Assembly (NCBI GenBank): GCA_002633005.1
Contig: NMRA01000387.1
Location: 330,372 to 394,371 of the forward strand
Reading direction: 5' to 3'
DNA from: Phoronis australis
Taxonomy: Eukaryota > Animalia > Phoronida
DNA: 64,000 bases
The position numbers and the translations under genes are program-made. The notes under the pieces are model-generated. The model was not told the DNA's origin. It saw only the letters and a program-made list of their open reading frames with translations, and ran no database searches. This document shows, piece by piece, positions 50,559-63,820 of the stretch. Position 1 is the first letter of the stretch, and each line of letters starts with the position of its first letter.

Positions 50559-53500
50559 CTAGTAATCATCGTCATCATCGTCATCATTAGTGGCACCCCC
50601 TCGTATGCTAGTCGTCATGACATCTCGTATCTCTGGCTTGGGACAAGACTCCAAGGTCGTCTGCACAGCACCTGCTTGAGAAAGCTTCCATTCAAGCTCT
50701 GAAAGAGAATCAAAGTTGGGAGTGTCAAGTACTTAAAATTTAACAGGATTCTAAACCCTCTGCTGGTGATTTCAACCAGTCTTCGTCTTTCCCTGGTAAT
50801 GCACCATTGGCGCTTCACTTTCTTGATAAAAGTAGGATTCAACTAAAAAAAGCTTTTAGTTTGTTGATTACCCCAGCCATGGAATGGAGAAATTCATATT
50901 GTGAAAGTAGAAGACAAATTAGTACTTTTGCCACAGAAGAACCAGACCTCCGAATATGAATTTTATTGTCTGTAGAAATGCTTGTGTCAGAATTCTAATT
51001 CAAAAATGACCACAAGGTGGCGTAAAATCCGTTGAATCTGTCCAAAAACGAAATGCATCATCGCCTCCTTATTAAAAACCTATTTGCTGAATTTCTAGAC
51101 AATACATCAAGGAACTTCGAAGATACAAAGGAAAACGTAAAAAAGTACTATTGCCACTAGGGGGAACTCCAGTAGTCAGATGGGTCTGAAATTGGTAATC
51201 ATCTGTTGAAACACAGCTGCCAAATATTACAAAGTTCTTGCACAGGGTTAAGAAGATACAGCTGCAGACGCAAAAAACAAAATCACCACTAGGGAGCGGC
51301 AGGTCAGTGAAACTTCTCTGAAAATCAGCATGGTCTCTTAATTAGGAACATATCAGACAATTTTCATAATCATTCATCAAGTGCTTTGACAGATAGAACG
51401 ACAGACCCCAAAAAACTGTCAAAGACTAGAAAAATTAAAAAATGGTCACTTGGTGGAGCAGAATCGTCAAAGCCATCCAAAAATAAAACCTATTAATTTT
51501 GCCAAATTCCATGAAAATGCATCCAAGAATTCCAAAGATACATAGGAAACAGTAAAAAAGTAAAATTGTTACTAGGGGGCACAGCGGTAGTCGGATCAGT
51601 CCAAAATTCATCGTCATCTGTTGTCAGTTTCACAAGAAGACATCAGCCAAATCTCATAAAGATCCTGTCGGGCGTTTAGGAGATACCACAGCAGACGCCA
51701 GACAGAGGTGACAGCAATACCACCCAAATGTAAATATGTGGACGCATAAAAATATGTGGCCACATGACCCAATCAATGGCAGATTGGTAAAAAAGTAAAA
51801 ATCAAATTCTACAAACTTTCTGCTTTCAGAAAATATATAATTTTAGAGAGTTAAAATCTACAGTTTTGTAACTACCTGGCAAAGTACACAGACTTGTAGT
51901 AAATATGATCATACCTATCCTTGACAATAACTGGACTTAAAAACTAAGACCAACAATCTCACCATCTTGTTTAATATTCATTCCACCAAACACCAGAGGT
52001 CCGACCCACTGTGTCTTGAGCTCGCCCTCAAAGTAGATGAAAATTGTGGGGAGATTCTTGTCCGGGTAATTTGATATACACACGGAAGACTCGCTTCGTA
52101 TGAATTTGGTCTGTGGGAACTTCTGAGCTAGCTTGACCAGATGCTGGTTCAGTAGAGTACACAACGGTATGCTAGAAAAAAGGGGAGCTTACCATCAGTC
52201 TTCTGAAATCGTGTGCAAATCCAGAGAGCTTAGGTGCTCGAGAACTCCCTTTATGAACCAATCTTCATCAAAGAGATGACTACAAGCTTAGAACTTTCTC
52301 AACAGAACCACAAGCTCATTTAAAAGGATACTATTTTTATTAGTGAATTCACATAAAAGTGACTCTGAATCATTCAACTCTACAACTGGTATCAGCACTG
52401 AGATATCAGGGGTGGATCCAGGATTTTGAGTTACAGGGTGCGAGGAGAGAGTATTAGCCAGGACCTTGCCCGTAAGACATTCGCACCCCTGAACTGGAAG
52501 AATTTAAGGGGGTGGGGGCATGACCCCCTTGCCCCCCATCTAAATCCAACACTGGATATTAAAGCATCATTATTCAATAAGGCATAATGGCATTGTAGTA
52601 TTCTTTAAGCAAGGTTTATATTTCAAACAATCATAAGCCTTTACCCAGGTTTGTAGACATGTATGACTACCCAGACTCCTTGGCCTGCCTTATTCACTTC
52701 AGTCACCCAATCAGATTTTGTTATCTCTTTGACGTCACCGTAACATGACTTCTGGATGGCTTGCTGCATTTCTGCTAACCTCTGTCGCCTGAAACACAGT
52801 TTGTAATATTTTACAGGTACTAATTTCCATGTACTACTTATTTATGTGGAACGTGAATCCCTTTACTTATAACAATGACTTGTGGATAACTTTAATTTCC
52901 CGTACCTGAGAGTCATGCTAGTTGATCACTTTCATAAGCCTAAATGTATCCAGTAATTACGTGTCAAGGAGAGGATATTCCATACCCAGACAAAATGCAA
53001 ATTACACGCAAACACACAGCCATCAAGGTAACAGTACACTTTCAATACCAAGGTTGTTTCAAACCTTTTCCAGTGGCTTCCATCACAAAAATCAATTTAG
53101 GCCACTTACCAATGTGAAATTGGTCTCTACTTGTTGGGGGTGATTTCAGAACATCGAAAAAAACAGACAGTTCATTTTTGCTTCTTTAGACCAAACTCTA
53201 CAAACTGGCTAGTCACAGCATGTCACTTAATGCACTGAGCAGGGGCCCAATGAATAGCCAACTGTCAGTTCTTTGCACACCAAGAAATAATATATGAGTA
53301 AGGAATAACTTCAGACCAGTTTTATTTCATCAGTAAACGATCAAAAGATAGCTCCTCTGACATAACATGGGTTTACGGCCACTTTAATAATATCTAGTAT
53401 CAGACTTAAACCATCAACGAAGGATGCAGACATGAAAATAAAAAAATCTCCTTTGCCCAAAAATTAAGCCAGAGAAGCCATCGGATCAGGTAAGCAGAAA

Positions 53501-56204
53501 TACATATCAAACATCCTTGGGATTAGTATCACATCCATACAGCAGCTGACAAAAATTTTCTTGTTGTAAATTGACAATATTTCTCAGCAAATTTTTCAGA
53601 TGGATTTTGTAATGATTTTCTTCTTTTTCAACTAACCTTGAAAAAACATTTACTATTCCCCACTTCGTTTGCAAAGAAAAACTGCCAAAACTGTCACCAT
53701 TCTATTTTCAATGACTGACTAATTTTTGAAAATTATGGAAACTTGCCAAATGCTGTTTTACTGACAACATTTGCATTCTACAAACCAAGCTGATAACAAA
53801 TGCAATTTTTCTTAAACTTCGACAAAACACTGTTTTCTAAATAACTGAAGAGTTACAGTAACTGTACACAGTGACAGCTGAGCACACACAAACATAGTAG
53901 CCACGTGATATAAACAGGGATGGTGGGGGAAAGCAAGCATACACAGGGAATTACGAGACACGATTACAGCGCGCATGACAAGTCATGATGAGTGATAACT
54001 TGTCCTTATTACTGCAAGCAGAATGAACTGTCAAGATGGAAAAAGGGAGACACTGACTCATGACTTTTGGTGTGTACTGTAACTGTGATGGGATGTTAGT
54101 AACAGTACTTCGTTTATTGTTATGCTTATTTAGTTGCTAGTGTTTACTCTGTTACATAACAAAATTTCAAACAAAATAATCTCCCAATTTACTGTATGGA
54201 CAAGCAACCTACAGTTGCATTTCATCTCAACTTGTGCGAAGATAAGACTGAGTGTCATTGGCTTAAGAATGCGGCGACAGCGATCTCATGCTCACACCCA
54301 CAACCATCCAAACACGAGACTTAACTACTTAATTATTGTCCTTTCTACCTGTAGGCTTCAAACGCTCGTTCCTCCTCTTCATCAACGTCGTCCTCGACTT
54401 CATCCAATTCCCCCAGTGCCATCTCATCATACCCCTTCTCTGAAAAACAAAAGCAACAAACTAACAGTTATTAGAAGTAGCTCGTTCTGTGAGAGCCGAA
54501 AACATCGTTAATTGAACAGAAACCTGGCGTAATTATACAGAACAAACCTTAGGTAGCAATTATGAAATTTAAATTAAAAAATGTTTCCTCACAATGAAAA
54601 CAGTGTCTTACTAATATGTACAAAAACTTAACACCTAAATATTCAATGTCAAAACGCAATGACAGTGAAAGCATATATTATGTTAACAGCAACATTTAAT
54701 CCAAATACATTTTTCTTGATAATGTTAAGATTGTCATTCATCAGTTCCTATGATACCGTCACTCTAAATAACTTTCAGTACAATTGCATCATACTAAAGT
54801 AATTGAAGTAACAACAAAGGAGAGCAAACGAAACAAAAGTATAAGATTTTGTACCCTTTTCTTTTTTCGTGACAAAAACGTTCAAGATAAACACCATTGT
54901 CTTTCAGTACATGTATGACATACATGCATACATATATTCAGGTAGCTGCAAGCCTCATTTAAAAATTTAGCTGCTCTAATACCTGTAGTTCTCTTCTCAA
55001 TCGTGTGTTCTAGTAAGTCAATGACATCCTCTTCCTTGAACTCTTTCTCAGGGATGATTCCCTTTGCGCGGAGTACATCATTCCATTCAGTGTCTTCATT
55101 AGGGTCCTGGGTACAAGTACAAAATATGAACACAAGACTTCTAAAATCAAAGGATCAGTTGAGACGATGGCGTCGTTTTATGGGGCAAAGTGATGCAGAA
55201 GTTGCAGCTAAAGGCCAGTTAACATAACTGCATATAAGTTACTACACATCTAACGTACCTATCAGGACAGTAGTAGTTCTCCAAAGCAATGCAATATTTA
55301 TTGGGCATTGGTATAATGGCTTCACATGTTCAACATATAGTTGGCTCTTTTGCCATTAGCAAGTGAAGTTACTGGTACTTTAAAGTCATGAATCCTACAC
55401 GGTAAAACTTCCTCAAATTTGAACAAACAATAATTGGCAAAATTGTCATTTTCTCATTTTTCAAACACTCACTGTCTTACGAGCATGCGTATTGGTTAAC
55501 GTTGCTCTGAGAAAGTAATGGGACAGGCGTCTTTATTGTGAATGTTTGTGGTTGAATTTGGGAAAATCTTGAGGTACTGATGATGTTTACTGGTGTCCTT
55601 GTCAACAAAGGTAGTTGGTCAGGAGTCCCTTGGCCTTGAATTAAATCTGACCTAACAGAATTTCGTGGACTTATCCCAGTTATCGTGGTCAAAGTCACAA
55701 ATTATCACAGAAACTATGTTTTCATGTAGTTTGTTTGATGTTTTCTCCTTTTTTAATGAGCTAAGAAGATGATCACCAGAACTCCTACGTTCCAGTGATA
55801 ATGTATCACTATTCACCGACCAGTCACTGATACCAAAAAGTTAAAACAATAAACGGTTGACATGTATCAATTGTATGTAGGTCAGACTAGTTTTTAAACA
55901 AATTCAAGAAGCAGCTAGGTTAGCTACAATTGGATATTTAAGATTTTGTACCGAAAACAGAGGCCCGACATAATCTCATCACTGTCAGTGTCACGAGTGT
56001 GCAGTGAGCAAGACATTTCCATATAAGGTAATGACCAATGTAAACTAATACAAACTGTACCGTGCGTAAATCACCGGCATTTGAGACGGCGGGTTACTGG
56101 CGGATTTGTAGCTGAAGGCTGGCACAAATTGCTACTAAGTCATGCCACTTCCAGGATCTAACATAAAACGGATGTAACGAACCAACTTCCACACCTACCT
56201 GCAT
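50559..56204 (-). CDS. PDCL3: Phosducin-like protein 3 / viral IAP-associated factor homolog (exons 56204-56199, 55106-54983, 54439-54349, 52788-52645, 52171-51963, 50698-50559; 237 aa)
   Basis: The spliced translation is [21 protein letters not shown]...[17 protein letters not shown]...[44 protein letters not shown]...[19 protein letters not shown]...GPLVFGG...[12 protein letters not shown]...DDDDY*. It matches PhLP2/PDCL3. All five introns are GT-AG with consistent phases. Confidence 0.96.
52407..52554. mobile_element. MITE with 5-bp TSD (GATAT) in PDCL3 intron 4
   Basis: CAGGGGTGGATCCAGG...AATCCAACACTG flanked by GATAT/GATAT. Confidence 0.85.
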
Positions 56205-56256
56205 TCTGTTTCAACAGAATTCCAGTGAGCTTTCACGAGAGAGTTATTGTAGGCCT

Positions 56257-56345
56257 ACTTCCGGGTGAATCATTACAAAAATGAGGTAAATGCTATTGAT
56301 GATTCGTGCAGGATGTAACGATGACGCTTCTCTCTATAGATGGCG
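56257..56345 (-). promoter_or_regulatory. Putative PDCL3 proximal promoter (ETS/GABP-like CCGGAAGT; YY1-like AGATGGCG)
   Basis: ACTTCCGG at 56257-56264 and AGATGGCG at 56338-56345, just upstream of the ATG. Motif match only. Confidence 0.4.
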
Positions 56346-56559
56346 CATACATAAGAGTTTCCACACCCCTGCAGGTGGCATTCTAGTTTGCTCCACAGGA
56401 TGTACAACGATCAGAAAAAATGAAAAGTAATGCTGGGTCAAAGACTTCAAAAACCCTCAACAAAAGTCCATTGAAACTTAGTCAATTACCGATAATGACC
56501 AACACGGCAAAACAACGACCAAGGAGTGTACATAGAGTTATACACTCCTTGCTATGACA

Positions 56560-56950
56560 CCGCACTCCCGCTACCTAATAGATTATAATGCAACGGCTCA
56601 GGTGCTAGCCGAATCAGGGGGCAGAGCGCTATGCGCCCTTTTCGGTAAATATGAAATGTTAAGAAATATGGGTTTAAAAACTTTTACCAAATGCTTTGAC
56701 GATTACATTAGCTTAGTAATGGAGTATTTTTTTGGATTCACGACTATAAATATGTTTCTCACACTGGGAAATGGTTCGTTCTGGCTAGTGCCCTTCGGCT
56801 TTTCCTAGGCCGGAGTACATAAATACGTACGAAGTCTTATACGGAGACACAGGCTGGGCAGCAGCCCTGAGTTTATAACTAACAAAAGAACATGATCCGT
56901 TAATGGGCATTATAGACTGTGATTGATGCAAAATGTTTATTTACTCATGA
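56560..56950 (+). mobile_element. Degenerate LINE ORF2 fragment
   Basis: YNATAQVLAESGGRALCALFGKY..LRNMGLKTFTK, FLG.HKY and LYGDTGW resemble the post-RT region of invertebrate LINEs. Confidence 0.55.
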
Positions 56951-58185
56951 TTATAAGTAAGCATAACTTGAGCTCAACTATCAAAGTGAAGGGATTTGGT
57001 TGACTGGAAAACTAAATCAAATTTTATGTGACTTTTAATACAGAATAGTGCATTGAAAACCATGTGTTTCTTCCCTGGGCATCTCTGCTAGCACTTAACT
57101 TAGGTCAGGAATGTTGCCATTAGACGAGGTGGAATTAGGGAGGTTTGCGGGAACGCGCGAAAGATTATGTAAAGTGTGTATACTAACCAAAATATAATTC
57201 GAAAATGGTTCACACCATAAATGGTCGTTTCACAACGGATTTCCCAAGTGAATCCCCCCTTCTAGACTGGTTTATGAATAATGCAGAAGCTCTGGCAAAT
57301 TTTTTACTAGAGCACCGAATTCCCGCAAGAGTAGCACGCATTTAAGTATAACAGATTAATTTGTATCCGATAGAGGCTGAGCACGTATTGCATAAAAGTA
57401 TATCATTTTGTTTTTGTATTGCATTATGTGATGCATTCATGTTATTATAATAAATAATAAATATATGATTATATGGAAAACTAATCTTTTCAGTTGTTAA
57501 CNATACGTACGAAGTCTTATACGGAGACACAGGCTGGGCAGCAGCCCTGAGTTTATAACTAACAAAAGAACACGATCCGTTAATGGGCATTATAGACTGT
57601 GATTGATGCAAAATGTTTATTTACTCATGATTATAACTGAGTAAGCATAACTTGAGCTCAACTATCAAAGTGAAGGGATTTGGTTGACTGGAAAACTGAA
57701 TCAAATTTTATGTGACTTTTAATACAGAATATTTCATTGAAAACCATGTGTTTCTTCCCTGGGCATCTCTGCTAGCACTTAACTGAGGTCAGGAATGTTG
57801 CCATTAGACGAGGTGGAATTAGGGAGGTTTGCGGGAACGCGCGAAAGATTATGTAAAGTGTGTATACTAACCAAAATATAATTCGAAAATGGTTCACACC
57901 ATAAATGGTCGTTTCACAACGGATTTCCCAAGTGAATCCCCCCTTCTAGACTGGTTTATGAATAATGCAGAAGCTCTGGCAAATTTTTTACTAGAGCACC
58001 GAATTCCCGCAAGAGTAGCACGCATTTAAGTATAACAGATTAATTTGTATCCGATAGAGGCTGAGCACGTATTGCATAAAAGTATATCATTTTGTTTTTG
58101 TATTGCATTATGTGATGCATTCATGTTATTATAATAAATAATAAATATATGATTATATGGAAAACTAATCTTTTCAGTTGTTAAC
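56823..58185 (+). repeat. ~680-bp tandem duplication across an n join (56823-57501 / 57503-58185); probable assembly or haplotype artefact
   Basis: The copies differ by a few SNPs and one 4-bp indel, and are separated by the single n at 57502. Confidence 0.9.
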
Positions 58186-58915
58186 GCCCATGGATTTTAT
58201 TCATTAACGAGTTCAGTACTTTTTCGCAACGGGTAAATGTGTGCAAGGATAAATGTTCGTTCAGTCACAACGTAATGCGACACTGAGAGGTTGGAAGGTC
58301 ACGGATTCATAATAAAATCACAAAACATGGTGGATTTTGCAGTTACGTAGCTCAGTTCTAGCTAATAGCTTCAAGAGGTCTATCCTACTCAACGATAATA
58401 CTAAAACTGTGTTTTCCGGCCGCAAAAAACGACAATGTCCCTTTATTAATGGAAGGCAAGTTGAAGTGAAAGGAGTGTTTCCTCAACGCAAAACCAGTTA
58501 CGTGTGTTTATTAAACTATTTCCGATATGTAAGTTTCTTGTCCTCTAACACTCTTCGTACGAGTGTTCTTTGAAACTTTTTTCGACGGTTGCATTAACTT
58601 TTGCTCAACAAATAACAACGGTTTTGAAAAATATGGGGTCCACTGATGTCCAGATTGTTGGAACTCTGTTGTCTTGGCAGACTAAAAGGATGGTCAGGCC
58701 CAAATGAACGCGCGATCACATGTTATTCAAGTATTACTGGAGATATTTCAGGACTAATATACACGCTTTAAACAATCCCACTGAGAAAACAAAAAAATCA
58801 ATTTGGTCACATGACTGTAAATAGGCGCTCGACAAAACAGCTTTGAATCGCAACTGTTAAGAAGTGACCATCGAGTTAAACCAACATGTAGTTTATTTAA
58901 GCAACCAGTCCGGTG

Positions 58916-61770
58916 ATGGTTGTGTCGTTTTCGTTAGCTTTTCTTCTGGCTTGTGATCTCTGGAGGTTTGTTGTAGTTGACGGTGAAGGGACACCAGGAG
59001 TACTGTTCAAACGCAGTGCTGTAAACAGTCGCTGGACAGGGTCGGATACCACTGCCATTTGCTATTCTGTAATTTCCGTATTAGCTTGCGCGGCTCAGTG
59101 CTCGGAAGATTTTTCGTGTCACGCCTTTGGTTACATGGAACGCGAGGCACTGTGTCACAAATACTCCGTCAAGGGCAGCAATCCCGATGATTTTGTGGCA
59201 GCAGATGGTTGGATGTACTATCAGAAAACGTCAACGGACAAATTCACAGACAAAGGTGAACTAGTAAAATTACATTTTTAATACGAATAGACAAGATCAA
59301 TTAACAAGAATCAGTTGTAACCAACAGCAACATATCATTATTCATTGCTTGTGTTTTGCTGAAGATTTTACAGTGGCACACAGTTTCTTGCAAATATGAC
59401 TAAAACATAAAATTGGCTTTACCAAAATAAAAAATATATAAAAGGCGTCTGTACTTTATTCTGTTTTCTTTTGCTTTAATTACATGTTATTTACTAGTTG
59501 CTCGTTAATGTCTAGAAGCTAATGTTCGTTTTCTGCTTAGCGTCTTTAAAACGGTACAAATTACGCGCCAGTAAGTCACGTCAAAATTACTGTACAAAAC
59601 ACTTCATAAGGACGCACATACAAGAGTGCGCGCACGCGCACTAGACCTTCGGGCATTGTCGAACGAAGTGTGGATCAAGTATGTAACTCCTGGTCTAGCT
59701 TTGAGGTATGTTGTGAGGTTGGATCCATGGACTTTAGATGGGGATACAGATGGCCAATCACATCTCCTCTTTTCCATAAGGTAGAAAACGCGTGTTAGCA
59801 TAAGAGTAGCCTAATATGAATTGTGTTTTCAATATCAAGCAATACGAATCTTCCAATTGGGTGTACGAATTGAAGACGGCTCATAATTCATAGTAGATAG
59901 CAAACGCAACTTCAATATGTGCGTATTTTGGATAGTGTTTATACTACATGAATATTGGGAAGTATGGATACAGGTGTACATTTCAATAATCAAATCTACA
60001 AAGAGCCTGAATGGCTATAAGTATTTCTAGCTGTAAACTTTGTCATCACGTCAAGCTGGTGAACACGATAACATTTGCTCTGACCCTACCATACTCTTAG
60101 AAAAATAACTGTTGTATCAATCGAAGCACAGGTAGACGTCGCATTCAGAAAAGTACTGCTAAGGCCACAATTTTAAAACTGATATGGGGGTCTCCACAGT
60201 TCCATGTGTTGGCTAGTTCATCTTCCACGGCGACATCGACAACTGGGGGCCATATGGCTTGGTGCTGCAATACTTCTTCCAGCAGAATCTTTTTGAGCTT
60301 TGAATTTCCAGTAGCTATTCTCATTCTTTACATCAACTTGGGGTAGTGACGAGGTGTGGAGTTAACTCTATCGAAAGCATTTTTACAGTCCCAACTGAAT
60401 ACGCTTATATAATATTATATGTACAACCCGCGACCTAGAGCATTAATCTAGATCAAAATGAAAGTTAGATACTTATCGCATACGGCACCTGTCTTGCCGG
60501 CCATCTTGTATTCTGAAAAAGTCAACCCAATGGCAATTTGCCGTTCCGTAGTCCAATTCGAATAAGCGCATCAAAATTTACAAAAAATGACACAAGATTA
60601 CTGTAAGGAAACATGGCAAAGGGTTCCGGAACTTTGAAGTTCTGTCAAATGATTATCACTTAAAAATTCACTTAATTTAATCTGAATTTATTTAACACAG
60701 GTGAATACCCAACAGTTTTTATTGATGGCGCAAGGTGGCGTCTATTCTGGTGGTACAGAGCCGGAACACCGTGGCCCAACGTAGCTGACGTTTTTGAAGG
60801 TACGGAGAACGGCAATAACAGTCATACAATTCATAAAATAGCAACATCGCTGTGTTTTGGTAATTTTGTTAGAAAACGTCGATTCGTCACTTGCCTTCCA
60901 GCTAGTGATTCAAATCGAGTGGGGACCGTAATGAAAGCGATGAATGTAACAGAAGAGGGTGTCCGCCGAGCCCAGAGTCTTGTGTCACTGCCGTATTGAA
61001 TACCAAAATACGGGTCCATTATTCATGAATTTCCGGTATATCCCATCCAAATGCACTGCAAGCCGAACACCGGATTCAAGAGGACACGGACGCCAATGAC
61101 ACCATGGCATAAGAAAGTTGGAGAAGCAGAGACAAACCGCGGAAGTGCCACTACTTGCACGAGTTCGCCATTATACTTGGAAACAAGGTGTCATGTCCCA
61201 ACTACTATGGTTCTGCATGTTTGGAACCCGCATGCTTTCACGTTTGCATTGCTAAAATTTATGCTAAAACGAGGAGTTGTGTCCTAAACAACAATCATTT
61301 TTGCAGCGCCACTAAAGTGTACAAGTAGTGACACCCTCCCTAAAATAAGTTCTGTTGGTGAACAAAATCGAATACCAGACTACTGTTTGCGTGAGGAGTT
61401 GAATGTTTCTGGTAATAATGAGCTTGTGAGGAGGCACACAATTTAAGATTTGAGAAATCGTCGACTTCTAACAAAACCACTAAAACACGACGTGGTTAGC
61501 TGTTTTATGACTCTGGTTAAAGCCAAAACGCCACAGTCAATCAAGTAGTTCGTATAAACTATGTTGTTTGTGGTTTAATGACGTTCTTTAAAGAGAACCT
61601 TTTCTTTCTAATCAGCAATCTGCATTGAACTCAGTACTTGCATCTTTCCGAACAGACGATTACGGGGCTTGTGACGTCGACGCAGCTTTCTGTTTTGGAA
61701 GACTTCCAACCAACCTTGAGGAGGACGTCAGTGAACTTCTTGGTGAAGACTCGAGTGGAAACGTTTACAG
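58916..61770 (+). CDS. Secreted PAN/apple-like domain protein, 3'-partial (exons 58916-59255, 60701-60799, 61656-61770)
   Basis: Signal-like MVVSFSLAFLLACDLW; SVLACAAQCSEDFSCHAFGY...ALCHKY...GWMYY fits a PAN/apple Cys pattern. Phase-1 GT-AG joins give GEYPTVFIDGARWRLFWWYRAGTPWPNVADVFE-DDYGACDVDAAFCFGRLPTNLEEDVSELLGEDSSGNVYR, ending at a phase-2 donor. Confidence 0.75.
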
Positions 61771-61873
61771 GTAGCAGACATCATGGGCCAGTTTCATGAA
61801 AAATGACGTTTAAGTCTTAAAGGACTCTCCTATAGTTAGAAATTTGGTCTTACGTTCCACATAACTACTTGTG

Positions 61874-61955
61874 AAAAAATACTAAAACTCATTTTATCCG
61901 GCAAAATTACACAAAAAAATACTAAAACTCATTTTATCCGGCAAAATTACACAAA
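61874..61955 (+). repeat. Perfect 40-bp tandem duplication
   Basis: AAAAAATACTAAAACTCATTTTATCCGGCAAAATTACACA x2. Confidence 0.95.
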
Positions 61956-63820
61956 GTAGCTAATAACAATATACACGTAACTAATAGTTACTTATACATT
62001 AAATCAATTTATTTCTGTAATAAAGGCCCCAGGCCCACTGTACAAAAGAACGATGTATAACATACTTAGAGTGCAGCAAGCTATCACGGAGACGAAAAGC
62101 GTAAAATATATATTTACATTGGTTAACTAATTGAGCATCATCACTTGTTGACATTAATCTATTGAACTTGAAAAAGACGGAAAATTCCAGTGCTATCGTT
62201 TTTCCCAATAATTATAATGCTACTTAGGCTTGCGAGATATCCTATTACAGTGATTAACGCGAAAACCAACTCAATTGCTCTACTCTGCAGTGTTTAACAA
62301 ACGGATACAAATTTTTATTTTTTCACGGGCTCAACACGAACCTTAACAGAAAATTTTATATGCCCATTGATCAAGGAGCGACATTTTAGTAAACAACATG
62401 AGTTCGCTGAGATGGACCGAAATCATAACTTCTAAGGTCGTAGGGCGAAAATGAAGCAAGTTTCGCAGTCACAGATGCTCTAGCTGACTGGGTCGCTAAA
62501 TCCAATGTTTGGGTCCTTAGGCTCTAAATTAATTACGAGAACTTTCATCTCCAGTGATAGTCGATTAGTAATCCCCGGCCCAAGCTTTACGAGGACTCAA
62601 CAACTTTTCCCCAGTTGTGAAATTGAATCCACCCAAACTACTAGGGAGTCGCTGGCAAGGGTAATGCGTGACCTCATATTTAACAGGAAAATGACAAAAT
62701 AAATTTAAATGTACTGTATCTATACTATAAAACCCCAACTATTAAAACAGAGTTATTCAACAAAAATAGTCTTATCGTTGAAGAAATTGGGCGTACTTTA
62801 TTCTCAAAATACGATCGATTCGATATTGCGGAATAGAGATTATTAATGTGAATCAGGTACTCCTAAGTAACCCATTGGAGGAGCAGAGAGGTAATCTTGA
62901 CCCATACCCACGCCTTTTGAAAATATCCTATGGATCTTGGCATCAAAACTTTCTTGGTATAAATGTTCACGATGAAATCTCAGAAACGCTGTTACATTTT
63001 TCAATTGTCCTTTCATTTTCGTTTTATGATCCATTCGTCTGTTTTCAACTTCAATGTTATGTTAAACATCACACAGTTTGACACTGAATGTGACAGGAAC
63101 TTGGTTATTATCAAAATTTCTCACAAAAATGCAAGAGGAAATGTACTTCGTTGTTACTTCACGTTGTATTGACTACTGAATTGTTAACAAAGTCAATATA
63201 AAAACTCAGCAGAACTGTTTGCACGTGCAAAATTGTAATAATCCCTTGAAGTAGGAAAATAACACTTTTGAGTTAAACGTTGGTCTTGTTCAAAATGGAA
63301 AGCTTTTACCTGGATCAATACAAAAATTACATACTGTAAAATAATGACATTGGTCCCGCTACTCTGTGCTCAATTGCACACGTTAGCCCTAGATCGTTAT
63401 AAAAATATTTGCGTTGTGAAATATCACTCGGTCTTGGCGTCTGAAAAAGGTCAAATCAATAGCAAATCGTTTAGCATGTCACGAGCCTTCGCGGTGACCA
63501 TATTTTTTGCAGATTAAGCCGATGGGCGTCTGTTCAGGTGTTGCTGTTTTGCAATCGCATCGCCAGTAAAATGAGAGTAAATGTGTGAACTCAAAATACT
63601 TGTGTTTATTTATCGCAAATGGCGAAACCGGAAGAACTAACAAAAATAGTCAAACGAATAACTCGCGTAAAATAATAAACGGGAAACCAATAGTGGCGTA
63701 ATGTCTCTTTAAGTCCTTTGAAGTAACACTTATCAGTCCTAAGAAAAAATTAGCACAATACATGCAATACACGTGAACTAGGATCGGTACCATCAAAGTC
63801 CAGAGAGGATACCATAACAC

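Noticed and set aside
56823-58185. Real 680-bp tandem duplication or LTR pair
   Set aside because: The junction is a single n and the differences are allele-level, which is typical of an unmerged scaffold overlap.
60060-60395. Minus-strand RT relic (DCKNAFDRVN)
   Set aside because: Only one motif is recognisable, which is too degenerate to call without a search.
63513-63537. Candidate exon 4 of the PAN-domain gene (ttttgcag|A TTA AGC CGA TGG...CAG|gtg)
   Set aside because: It is very short, has a weak donor, lies in repeat-like sequence, and has no supporting homology.
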